Below are positions 27,451-36,052 of a DNA stretch of 64,000 nucleotides, one piece after another. Position 1 is the first letter of the stretch. Each line of letters starts with the position of its first letter. A program made the position numbers and the translations under genes. This DNA is from Gemmatimonadales bacterium (GTDB taxonomy: Bacteria; Gemmatimonadota; Gemmatimonadetes; Gemmatimonadales; GWC2-71-9): assembly GCA_050733195.1 (NCBI GenBank), contig JBOHSH010000003.1:908-64907 (forward strand), given 5' to 3'. The notes beneath the pieces are model-generated. The model was not told the origin of the DNA. It did no database searches and saw nothing but the letters and a program-made list of their open reading frames with translations.

Positions 27451-28695
27451 ATGCCCCTGTTCGAAGCGGTCCGGCTGGCTCTCGAGACCATTCGGACCAG
27501 TAAGCTCCGCTCGTTCTTCACCCTGCTCGGCATCATCGTCTCCGTCGGCTTCCTGGTGGCGGTGGTGGCGATCATTCAGGGGATGAACGCCTACGTGCGG
27601 GACAACCTGCGCGGGGCGATGATCGGCACGAACGCCTTCCAGGTGCGCCGGACGCCGATCTCGATGGGCCTCCTGGACGACTCCACGGTCCGGGTGATCG
27701 GCCGCCGCCCCATCCTGACGAAGGAAGACGCCGCGGTGGTGCGCAGCGCGGTACCGGACGCCCAGGCGGTGTCCCTGCAGTCGGGCTGGCCGACCCCCAT
27801 CGCGGATCTGACGCACCGCGGCCGGACCCTGGGGAGTGTGCTCGTCTTCGGCGTAACCCCGGAGTACCAGGTGGTGCAGGATTATCGCTTCGCCGCCGGC
27901 GAGCCCCTCACCCAGCCCGACGTCGATGAACGCCGCCTCGTGGCCGTGGTGGGGCACGAGGTCGCCGACAAGCTCTTCGAGGGTCCGGACCGCGCCGTGG
28001 GGCAGCCGCTGCGCCTCGGCGGTGTCGAGATCCGGGTGAAGGGGGCGGTCGCCAAGAAGGGTCGGGTGCTGGGGCAGTCGTTCGACGGCTTCGTGCTGCT
28101 GCCGATCTCCACCTTCGAGTCCCTTTACGGCCGCCGGCTGACGACGACCGTTTCGGTCAAGATGACCGACGCGAGCGAGCTTCCCGGCGCGATGGATCGG
28201 GCCGAGGAAGCCATGCGGCTCGCGCACCGGCTCCGCCCCGGCGAGGCGAACGACTTCACGGTCGACAAGGCCGACGCCCTCGTCGCCTTCTGGACCTCGC
28301 TCACCGGACTCCTGTTCGTGATCATTCCCGCGGTCGTGTGCATCGGGATCGTGGTGGGCGGGATCGTCATCATGAACATCATGCTCATGTCGGTCACCGA
28401 GCGTACCCGGGAGATCGGGCTCAGGAAGTCGCTCGGCGCCCGGCAGCGGGACATCCGGAGGCAGTTCCTCGTGGAGGCCGTCGCACTCGCGCTCGCGGGC
28501 GGTCTCGTGGGCATCGCCGGCGGTGCCGGCCTCGCGACGCTCATCTCCGTCGTGAGCCCGCTGCCGGCGCGGGTCACGCCCTGGTCGATCGGCCTCGCGC
28601 TCCTGCTCGGCGCCGGCACCGGGATCATCTTCGGCGTCTACCCGGCCAGCCGGGCGGCCCGCCTCGACCCGGTCGAAGCCCTCCGGCGCGAATAG
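27451..28695 (+). CDS. ABC transporter permease, MacB/LolC type (paralog class A')
   Basis: Shares ALxTIRTxKLxSFF, QGMNxY, FQxRR and VVGGIVIMNIMLM with the permease at 24930. Confidence 0.88.
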   Translation: MPLFEAVRLALETIRTSKLRSFFTLLGIIVSVGFLVAVVAIIQGMNAYVRDNLRGAMIGTNAFQVRRTPISMGLLDDSTVRVIGRRPILTKEDAAVVRSAVPDAQAVSLQSGWPTPIADLTHRGRTLGSVLVFGVTPEYQVVQDYRFAAGEPLTQPDVDERRLVAVVGHEVADKLFEGPDRAVGQPLRLGGVEIRVKGAVAKKGRVLGQSFDGFVLLPISTFESLYGRRLTTTVSVKMTDASELPGAMDRAEEAMRLAHRLRPGEANDFTVDKADALVAFWTSLTGLLFVIIPAVVCIGIVVGGIVIMNIMLMSVTERTREIGLRKSLGARQRDIRRQFLVEAVALALAGGLVGIAGGAGLATLISVVSPLPARVTPWSIGLALLLGAGTGIIFGVYPASRAARLDPVEALRRE

Positions 28696-28701
28696 CCGTC
28701 C

Positions 28702-29940
28702 ATGGTCATCCGGAATCTCGACGAGGGCGTCGCGGTCGCCCTGGGCACCCTCCGGGCCAACAAGCTCCGTTCCTTCCTCACCATCCTCGGCGTCGTGATC
28801 GGCGTGGCGACCGTGATGCTCATGGCGTCGATCATCGACGGCGTCCGCACCCAGATCTTCAACGCGCTCAACGCCGCGTCGCCCAACGCGTTCTACGTGA
28901 TGCGGTTCTTCTCGCAGACGCCGCTCAATCCGGACAACCTGCCCTACGAGGTCCGGATCCGCCCGGTGCTCGACGAGGAAGACGCCGCCGCGATCGCGAC
29001 CGCCCCGGACATCCGGCACGCCGGCCTCTGGAACCAGTCCCTCAACCGCATCGAGTACCAGGGCTTTCGCTCCCAGGGGATGTGGGTGATGGGCGCCGAC
29101 CAGGCCTTCCTGGACATCCAGGGCGGAACCCTCGCGGCGGGCAGGCTCTTTACGCCCGGGGAGCTGGCCGGCCAGCCGGTCGCCGTGCTCGAGGAGGAGC
29201 TGGCCCGCCGCATGTTCGGCCGGGCGGAGCCGCTGGGTCAGACCGTCCGCATCGGGCCCCGGCCCTTCCGGGTCATCGGCATCTGGCGGCAGCCCGACAA
29301 CGTGTTCCGTGCGCCGGGATTCACCGTAGGGGCGATCGTCCCGTACCAGGTGGCCAGGCACTCCTTCAACTACAGCGACACGAACGACCTGTTCATCGTG
29401 GTCCTGGGACGGCCCGGCATCTCGGTGGACCAGGCGAAGGACGAGGCCACCGTGGCGCTCCGGCGCGTGCGAGGGCTCCGGCCCGGAATGCCCAACACCT
29501 TCGACTTCATCACCCAGGATCAGATTCTCGATACGATCAGCGCGCTCACCGGCGTGTTCTTCCTGGTGATCACCGCCATCTCGAGCGTCGCGCTGCTGGT
29601 CGGGGGGATCGGCGTGATGGCCATCATGATGGTGTCCGTCACCGACCGTACCCGGGAGATCGGGCTGCGGATGGCGTGCGGGGCGACCCGGCAGGAGATC
29701 CTCTGGCAGTTTCTCGTGGAGGCGGCCACGCTCACGCTGATGGGCGGGCTGATCGGGATCCTGGTGGGGCTGGGCTCCGGGGAGATGCTCAAGCGCATGC
29801 TCTCGCTCCAGTCGGGCGTGCCGCTCTGGAGCGCTGTCGTCGCCGTGGCCGTATCGATCGGGATCGGCCTGGTCTTCGGGATGCTGCCGGCAAACCGTGC
29901 CGCGCGGATGGATCCGGTGGAGGCGCTGAGACACGAATAA
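28702..29940 (+). CDS. ABC transporter permease, MacB/LolC type (paralog class B')
   Basis: Shares LTILGVxIGV, FYVMRFF, AIMMxSVTxRTREIG and FQFLVEAATLTL with the permease at 26162. Confidence 0.88.
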   Translation: MVIRNLDEGVAVALGTLRANKLRSFLTILGVVIGVATVMLMASIIDGVRTQIFNALNAASPNAFYVMRFFSQTPLNPDNLPYEVRIRPVLDEEDAAAIATAPDIRHAGLWNQSLNRIEYQGFRSQGMWVMGADQAFLDIQGGTLAAGRLFTPGELAGQPVAVLEEELARRMFGRAEPLGQTVRIGPRPFRVIGIWRQPDNVFRAPGFTVGAIVPYQVARHSFNYSDTNDLFIVVLGRPGISVDQAKDEATVALRRVRGLRPGMPNTFDFITQDQILDTISALTGVFFLVITAISSVALLVGGIGVMAIMMVSVTDRTREIGLRMACGATRQEILWQFLVEAATLTLMGGLIGILVGLGSGEMLKRMLSLQSGVPLWSAVVAVAVSIGIGLVFGMLPANRAARMDPVEALRHE

Positions 29941-29977
29941 CCGTTTGACCGTTTCCCCGTTCCCCGTTCCCCGTTAC
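29941..29977. repeat. single-arm tandem array CCGTT(T)NN x5 (same family as 16268-16351)
   Basis: CCGTT cores at 29941, 29949, 29957, 29964 and 29971 (period 8, 8, 7, 7). Fills the 33-nt gap between convergent stops and covers the bshB1 stop codon. Confidence 0.8.
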
Positions 29978-30690
29978 ATCGACTGCACCCCCAGCTTCAC
30001 CACGTCCTCCACCAGCACGGTTTCGTGTGTGAAGTACGGCTCGGCGTACCGGGTCCGGATCAGCGAGCCGTAGTACGCGTTCTGGGTCTCCACCCGGCTG
30101 TAGAGGTCCTGCCCGGTCGGAAAAATCTCTCCCGCGCTCGTCACCGCGTCGAACTGGCTCGCGTAGCACTTGATGGCCTCGAGCTTCCGCTCGAACTGGT
30201 CGCTGATGTCCACCAGGAAGCTGGGCTTGATCGGATCCTCGCGATACGAGAGTGCGTACACGACCTTGAACGGCCGGTGCGGCGGTCCGTCCGCGGTGTA
30301 CCTGGAGAGACCCGCCAGATAGCACGCATCCCGACCCAGCTCCGAGGCCACCCGGTGGTCGGGATGGCGGCCCTGGGGAAACGGGAGGATCACGACCCTC
30401 GGCGCGAAATGCCGGATCGCTTCGACCACGACCCGGCGGCCGGGCTCGTCGTTGGCCAGGTGCGCGTCCGGTAACCCGGCGTTCCGGCGCTCGGCCACCC
30501 CGAGGATCTTCGCCGCCCGCTCCGCTTCCCGCGCCCGGACCTCCGCGCTCCCGCGGGTTCCTGTCTCCCCGGCGGTCAGGTCCAGAATGGCCGTGCTGTA
30601 CCCCTGGTCGGCGGCCTTGAGCAGGAGTCCCGCGCAGGTGAGCTCGACGTCGTCCCGGTGGGCGGCGATAGCCAGCACATGTATAGGCAT
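29974..30690 (-). CDS. bshB1: bacillithiol biosynthesis deacetylase BshB1 (PIG-L/LmbE family)
   Basis: VLAIAAHRDDVELTCAGLLLK, DLTAGETGTRGS and HPDH. Length and N-terminus match the BshB1 pattern. Confidence 0.8.
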   Translation of the reverse strand: MPIHVLAIAAHRDDVELTCAGLLLKAADQGYSTAILDLTAGETGTRGSAEVRAREAERAAKILGVAERRNAGLPDAHLANDEPGRRVVVEAIRHFAPRVVILPFPQGRHPDHRVASELGRDACYLAGLSRYTADGPPHRPFKVVYALSYREDPIKPSFLVDISDQFERKLEAIKCYASQFDAVTSAGEIFPTGQDLYSRVETQNAYYGSLIRTRYAEPYFTHETVLVEDVVKLGVQSM

Positions 30691-30725
30691 GGGCGGAAAA
30701 TAGACGGCCGCCTAGATTTCTCTCC

Positions 30726-31901
30726 GTGCAGCCTCCCATTTACCTGGACCACGCGGCTACGACCCCCCTCCGGCCCGAGGTGCTCGACGCCATGCTGCCC
30801 TATCTGGGCGGCGCGAGCTTCGGGAACCCATCGAGCGCCCATAAGCTCGGCCGAACGGCCCGAGCCGGCCTGGAGCAGGCTCGGCGCGAGGTGGCGGCCG
30901 CCGTGGGAGCCGAGCCGTCGCAGGTGGTGTTCACCTCCGGCGGCACAGAAGCCGACAACCTCGCGGTGGTGGGAGCCGCGCTCGCCGCGCGGCAGCACGG
31001 CCGGCCGATGCTGGTCGCCGTGTCGGCGATCGAGCACAAGGCGGTGCTCGCCGCGGCCCACTACGTCGCCCACCTGGGCGGCGAAGAGATCGCGCTTCCG
31101 GTGGATCGCGATGGACAGCTCGACCTGGACGCGCTCGACGGCGCGCTCGCGCGACGTCCGGCGGTGGTGTCCGTCATGTGGGTGAACAACGAGGTCGGGT
31201 GCCGCCAGCGACTCGAGGTCATCGCCGAGCGCTGTCATGCCGCCGGCGCTCTCCTGCACAGCGACGCGGTGCAGGCGTTCGGGAAGGTCTCCATCGATCT
31301 CGGGTCCCTCCCCTGCACGCTCCTCACCGTGTCCGGTCACAAGATCGGCGCCCCGAAGGGCATCGGGGCGCTGATCGTGCGGGATCGGAAGGCGGTGGAG
31401 GCGATCCTGCACGGTGGCGGCCAGCAGTTCGGCATCCGTCCCGGCACGGAGAACGTCGCCGGAGCCGTCGGGCTTGGCCGGGCGGCGACCCTTGCTGCCG
31501 AAGAGCGGGAGGCCGAGGGAAGTCGGCTCGCCGGGCTGCGCGAGGACCTCGTGACGCGGCTCCGCGCCGACGTCCCCGACGTGGTCGTCCACGGCGAAGG
31601 GGGGCCGCGCGCCCCGCACATCCTGAACATCGGAGTCCCTGGGGCCGACGGCGAGGCGCTCCTCATGCATCTCGACCTGGCTGGAGTCTGCGCCTCGGGC
31701 GGCTCGGCCTGCTCGACGGGCTCGGTCGAGCCGTCCCACGTTCTCACGGCGCTGGGCGTGCCCCGTGCCCTGGCGCTGGCGTCGATCCGGCTCAGCTTCG
31801 GGCACGACACCACCGAGACCGACGTCGAGCGGGCGGCCGCCGTCTTTCCCAGGGTGGTGGAGAAGGTCCGCCGCCTCGCTGTCGTGCTGGGAAGGTCGTG
31901 A
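30726..31901 (+). CDS. cysteine desulfurase (NifS/IscS-like, class V)
   Basis: GTG start. Motifs [19 protein letters not shown] (PLP Lys) and SGGSACSTG (active-site Cys). Immediately upstream of mnmA. Confidence 0.88.
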   Translation: MQPPIYLDHAATTPLRPEVLDAMLPYLGGASFGNPSSAHKLGRTARAGLEQARREVAAAVGAEPSQVVFTSGGTEADNLAVVGAALAARQHGRPMLVAVSAIEHKAVLAAAHYVAHLGGEEIALPVDRDGQLDLDALDGALARRPAVVSVMWVNNEVGCRQRLEVIAERCHAAGALLHSDAVQAFGKVSIDLGSLPCTLLTVSGHKIGAPKGIGALIVRDRKAVEAILHGGGQQFGIRPGTENVAGAVGLGRAATLAAEEREAEGSRLAGLREDLVTRLRADVPDVVVHGEGGPRAPHILNIGVPGADGEALLMHLDLAGVCASGGSACSTGSVEPSHVLTALGVPRALALASIRLSFGHDTTETDVERAAAVFPRVVEKVRRLAVVLGRS

Positions 31902-31902
31902 G

Positions 31903-32967
31903 ATGGTGAAGCCGCGCGTTCTGGTGGCGATGTCCGGCGGCGTCGACAGCTCCGTCGCCGCGGCGCGCCTCGTCGAGCAGGGGTACGACGTGGTGGGGGC
32001 GACCATGAAGCTCTTCTGCTACGGGGAGAGCGTGCCCGATCGCCCCTGTTGCTCGCTCGACTCCATCAACGACGCCCGCGACGTCGCCGCCACCCTCGGC
32101 ATTCCCCACTACGTCCTGAACTTCGAGGACCGCTTCTCGCTGCACGTCATCCGGAACTTCGTGGACGAGTACGCCCGGGGCCGAACCCCGATTCCCTGCG
32201 TGCGCTGCAATTCGTTCACCAAGTTTCGCGATCTCCTCGCCCACGCGGATGCCCTGGGCTGCCGGCACATTGCGACCGGCCACTATGCGGTCGCGCGCGA
32301 CGGCGGGCTCTGGCGCGCCCGCGACCGCGCCAAGGATCAGACCTACTTCCTCTGGGGCGTGGACCGGACGGTGGTGGAACGGATGCTCACGCCGGTCGGC
32401 GACCTCTCGAAGGCCGAGACCCGCGCGATCGCGCGAGGCCTCGGGCTCTCCACCGCCGACAAGCCCGAATCGGTGGAGATCTGCTTCGTGCCGGATGACG
32501 ACTACACCGCCGTGCTCGAGCGTCACCTCGAGCCGAATGCGCCGGCGCTCTCGGAAGGCCCGATCGTCACGACTTCCGGCGAGGTGGTCGGCAGGCACCA
32601 GGGGTTTGCGCGGTATACCGTGGGGCAGCGTCGGGGGTTGCCCGGCGGATTCGCCACCCCGATGTATGTCGTCGCGATCCGGCCCGAGGAGCGGGCTGTG
32701 GTGGTCGGGTCCGAGTCCGAGCTCGAGGGAGACGAGATCCGGCTCGAGGAGGTCAACTGGCTCGTCGCCCCCCAGGAGCCGGGCGACGGCTGCGAGATCC
32801 AGATCCGTCACCGTGGCCGCAGCACTCCCGCGACCGTGAGGGCCATGGGCCCGGATACGCTCGCGCTGAGGACCCACACCCCGGTCCGCGCGATCTCCCC
32901 AGGCCAGTCGGGCGCGCTCTATTCCGAAGACGGCCGGCTCCTCGGCGGAGGCGTAATCGGGTCCTGA
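31903..32967 (+). CDS. mnmA: tRNA 2-thiouridine(34) synthase
   Basis: ATG 31903 lies 1 nt after the desulfurase stop. PP-loop [21 protein letters not shown] and ATGHYA. Confidence 0.92.
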   Translation: MVKPRVLVAMSGGVDSSVAAARLVEQGYDVVGATMKLFCYGESVPDRPCCSLDSINDARDVAATLGIPHYVLNFEDRFSLHVIRNFVDEYARGRTPIPCVRCNSFTKFRDLLAHADALGCRHIATGHYAVARDGGLWRARDRAKDQTYFLWGVDRTVVERMLTPVGDLSKAETRAIARGLGLSTADKPESVEICFVPDDDYTAVLERHLEPNAPALSEGPIVTTSGEVVGRHQGFARYTVGQRRGLPGGFATPMYVVAIRPEERAVVVGSESELEGDEIRLEEVNWLVAPQEPGDGCEIQIRHRGRSTPATVRAMGPDTLALRTHTPVRAISPGQSGALYSEDGRLLGGGVIGS

Positions 32968-32968
32968 T

Positions 32969-33004
32969 CCGTATACCCCTCCAGGGTATATGGCCGGCTT
33001 TCCG
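32969..33004 (+). terminator. possible terminator after mnmA
   Basis: Stem CCGTATACCC / GGGTATATGG (one G-U pair) with a 5-nt loop, followed by CCGGCTTTCC. The U-tract is weak. Confidence 0.35.
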
Positions 33005-33057
33005 TCACGTTTCGGTCACGCGCCGCCTGACGCCCTGCCCGGGGCCTATCTTCCTGC

Positions 33058-35238
33058 ATGGCCGCTGAAGACGTGGGCTATCCTGTGACACCCCTTCCTC
33101 CCCCGGAGCCGGGTACCGGGGAGATGGCCACGCTGGAGCAGCCGCAGTGGGCGCAGGCGGCGGAGCGGGAGGATCTCCGGCACCCGTCGCTTTACATCAA
33201 CCGGGAGCTCTCCTGGCTCGAGTTCAATCGCCGGGTCCTTCACGAGGCTCGTGACGCGAGGACCCCGCTGCTGGAGCGGGTCAAGTTCCTCGGCATCTTT
33301 TCCTCCAACCTCGACGAGTTCTTTCAGGTGCGGGTCGCCGGCCTGCGGGAGCAGGTCGCGGCGCGCTTCACGGAGCTTTCGCCGGAAGGCATGACCCCGG
33401 AGGAACAGCTCCGGGAGATCGCGCTGGCGGCTCGTGAGCTGCAGACGGAGCACTCGGCGATCCTGCTCGACGAGGTCCTTCCCGCTCTCGGCGCGCGCGG
33501 TCTCTCCCTCATCACGCGGCCCGAGGAGCTGACGGACCAGGACATCGAGCACCTCGAGCGGTATTTCTCGGAGAACGTCTTCCCCGTCCTCACGCCGCTC
33601 GCGGTGGATCCGGCCCATCCGTTCCCGTACATCTCCAACCTGTCGCTGTCGCTGGCCGTGATCCTGCGCGGCGACGGCGGCGAGGAGCGCTTCGCCCGGG
33701 TCAAGGTGCCGAAGATCCTGCCGCGCTGGGTGCCGCTGCCTGGCACGCATCGCTGGGCGCCGCTGGAAATGCTTATCTCGCAGCATCTGGAAGCGCTCTT
33801 CCCCGGCGTCGAGATCCTCGGGGCGTATCCCTTCCGTATCACGCGCAACACCGACCTGGAGATCGACCCGGACGAGGCGGACGATCTGCTCGCGCTCATC
33901 CAGGAGGAGGTTCGGAACCGGCGGTTCGCCGAAGTGGTGCGGCTGGAGGTGGACCCGGCGATGCCGGAGTCGCTGCGGCAGCTCATCGTGGCGGAGCTCA
34001 ACGCCGACCAGGAAGAGGGGCTTCCGCTCACGCCGCAGGACATCTTCGAGGTGCGTGGCCTCCTCGACAGCGCCGATCTCCTCACGATGGCGAGCCTCGA
34101 GATTCCCGAGCTCCGCGATCCGTCGTTCCTGCCGGTGGTGCCGGCCCGCCTGGCGGGCGGGCGCAACATCTTCGAGGTGATCCGCGAGGGAGACATTTTC
34201 GTCCACCATCCGTACGAGAGCTTCGCGGTGAGCGTGGAGCGGTTCATTCAAACGTCGGCCGAGGATCCCGACGTGCTCGCCATCAAGATGACGCTCTACC
34301 GGACCGGCGGGGATTCCCACATCGCGCGGATGCTGGTGAATGCGGCCGAGCGGGGCAAGCAGGTCGCGGTGCTGATCGAGCTCCAGGCGCGCTTCGACGA
34401 GGAGAACAACATCCGCTGGGCCCAGCGGTTCGAGGACGCGGGGATGCACGTGAGCTACGGCGTGGCGGGACTCAAGACCCACGCCAAGGTGATGCTTGTC
34501 GTCCGCCGGGAGGGCGACCAGATCCGCCGCTACGTCCACGTCGGCACCGGGAACTACGCCCCGCGCACGGCACGCGTCTACACGGACTTCGGCCTCTTCA
34601 CCTGCGATCCCGATCTGGGCGCGGACCTGACGGACCTCTTCAACGTGCTGACCGGTTTCGCGAGTCCGAGCGGCTATCGCCGGCTCGTCGTAGCCCCGGG
34701 CGGCATGCGCCTCAAGCTCGAGCAGCTGATCCGGCGGGAGCTCGCGCACGCGCGTGCCGGCCGCGAAGCGAGGATCTTCGCGAAGATGAACGCTCTCGTC
34801 GATCCGGCCGTCATCCCCCTGCTCTACGAGGCGTCCCGGGCCGGCGTGACGATCGACCTCCTGGTCCGCGGAATCTGCTGTCTGCGTCCCGGCATCCCGG
34901 GCGTGAGCGACCGGATCCGGATCCTGAGCATCGTGGGCCGCTTCCTGGAGCACTCGCGCGCCTGGCACTTCCACAACGCAGGCAACGAAGAGGTCTATAT
35001 CGGCTCGGCCGACTGGATGGATCGCAACCTCGACCGTCGGATCGAGGCGGCCGCGCCGGTCGGAGACGCCGCCCACCGCGCGACCGTGCGGGAGCTCCTC
35101 GAGCTCATGTGGCGGGACAACCGGCAGGGGTGGGAGCTCGCGGCGGACGGCACCTGGACCCAGCGGCAGCCGGGCGAGGCCGAGATCGCCACGCACAAGG
35201 CGATGATCGAGCGGTACCGCGAGCCGGTGAAACCCTAG
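33058..35238 (+). CDS. ppk1: polyphosphate kinase 1
   Basis: 726 aa. Motifs YINRELSWLEFNRRVL, FSSNLDEFF and two PLD-like C-terminal domains (HAKVMLVVR, GSADWMDRNLDRRIE). Confidence 0.95.
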   Translation: MAAEDVGYPVTPLPPPEPGTGEMATLEQPQWAQAAEREDLRHPSLYINRELSWLEFNRRVLHEARDARTPLLERVKFLGIFSSNLDEFFQVRVAGLREQVAARFTELSPEGMTPEEQLREIALAARELQTEHSAILLDEVLPALGARGLSLITRPEELTDQDIEHLERYFSENVFPVLTPLAVDPAHPFPYISNLSLSLAVILRGDGGEERFARVKVPKILPRWVPLPGTHRWAPLEMLISQHLEALFPGVEILGAYPFRITRNTDLEIDPDEADDLLALIQEEVRNRRFAEVVRLEVDPAMPESLRQLIVAELNADQEEGLPLTPQDIFEVRGLLDSADLLTMASLEIPELRDPSFLPVVPARLAGGRNIFEVIREGDIFVHHPYESFAVSVERFIQTSAEDPDVLAIKMTLYRTGGDSHIARMLVNAAERGKQVAVLIELQARFDEENNIRWAQRFEDAGMHVSYGVAGLKTHAKVMLVVRREGDQIRRYVHVGTGNYAPRTARVYTDFGLFTCDPDLGADLTDLFNVLTGFASPSGYRRLVVAPGGMRLKLEQLIRRELAHARAGREARIFAKMNALVDPAVIPLLYEASRAGVTIDLLVRGICCLRPGIPGVSDRIRILSIVGRFLEHSRAWHFHNAGNEEVYIGSADWMDRNLDRRIEAAAPVGDAAHRATVRELLELMWRDNRQGWELAADGTWTQRQPGEAEIATHKAMIERYREPVKP

Positions 35239-35843
35239 GCGGGATTGAGCGTATCCCCCGGCCAGCGCCGGGGGTTCCAGCGGGTCCAGATCGCCACCAC
35301 GGCACAGGCGTTCTCGTTCAGCTCACCGGGGATCTGCCCCACTCCCCGGTAGACTTCCATCATCTCGATGTACGGTGCTGATACACGGGACAGCATCTCC
35401 GCCAGCTCCCGGTTGCCTCCTATCGTCGAGCCGACGTCACGAATCCGCTTCGCGGGCAGCTGACGTTGCCCGTCGATGTAGACGGCCACCTTGTCCTCAT
35501 CACAGCGGAGGAACTTGATCCGGGCCATCTCCGGATCCGCCGAGACATTGCCCAGGCGTACCCCAGGAACGTTCCGCATGATCTCGTAAGTGTGGAACGC
35601 GTTCGCCTTCTCGATGTCTTCCCGAGTAAAGAACGTCCCGAAACCCAGCCGCTGCCGGCGGAAGAAGTCGTCGTATTTGGTGGTTTCGGCGTACTTGACG
35701 GGCTTGGTGAGGCGGGCCTTTACCGCGAGCTCCGGAAGCTCGTGGACCTTCCCGCTGTCCGGGGCCGGCTGCTGGGCAGACAACGGAGCGGCGATGCAGA
35801 GCAACGCCGAAAGGAGACTGCAGACGCCGGGCGAGTCGCGCAT
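35235..35843 (-). CDS. secreted barrel-less TonB-plug-like domain protein
   Basis: ATG 35843 preceded by GGAAGGA; signal peptide CSLLSALLCIAAPLSAQQ. YEIMRNVPGV...VYIDG...IEMMEVYRG is plug-like. The C-terminus CAVVAIWTR parallels CGIILIWTR at the end of 47932..49296. Confidence 0.65.
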   Translation of the reverse strand: MRDSPGVCSLLSALLCIAAPLSAQQPAPDSGKVHELPELAVKARLTKPVKYAETTKYDDFFRRQRLGFGTFFTREDIEKANAFHTYEIMRNVPGVRLGNVSADPEMARIKFLRCDEDKVAVYIDGQRQLPAKRIRDVGSTIGGNRELAEMLSRVSAPYIEMMEVYRGVGQIPGELNENACAVVAIWTRWNPRRWPGDTLNPA

Positions 35844-35864
35844 GGGTCCTTCCCACGGCTGCAC

Positions 35865-35902
35865 CCAGAACCCAGAACTCAGAACTCAGAACTCAGAACC
35901 CC
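35865..35902. repeat. tandem heptamer array (YCAGAAC) x5
   Basis: CCAGAAC CCAGAAC TCAGAAC TCAGAAC TCAGAAC then CCC. Ends 22 nt upstream of ATG 35843. Same unit as the array at 57008-57080. Confidence 0.85.
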
Positions 35903-36052
35903 TTTAGCCTAGCCCCCTTCCAACCCGGCGTCCAGCGCGTCCAGATCCCGATGGCCGCGCAGGCGCGCTACGCCGAGCAGCCATACCTCGCATCCCTGTA
36001 GCATCCAGGGAGGGAGACGGCGCTCGAAATGGCGCGGGCAGACGTACCTGTG

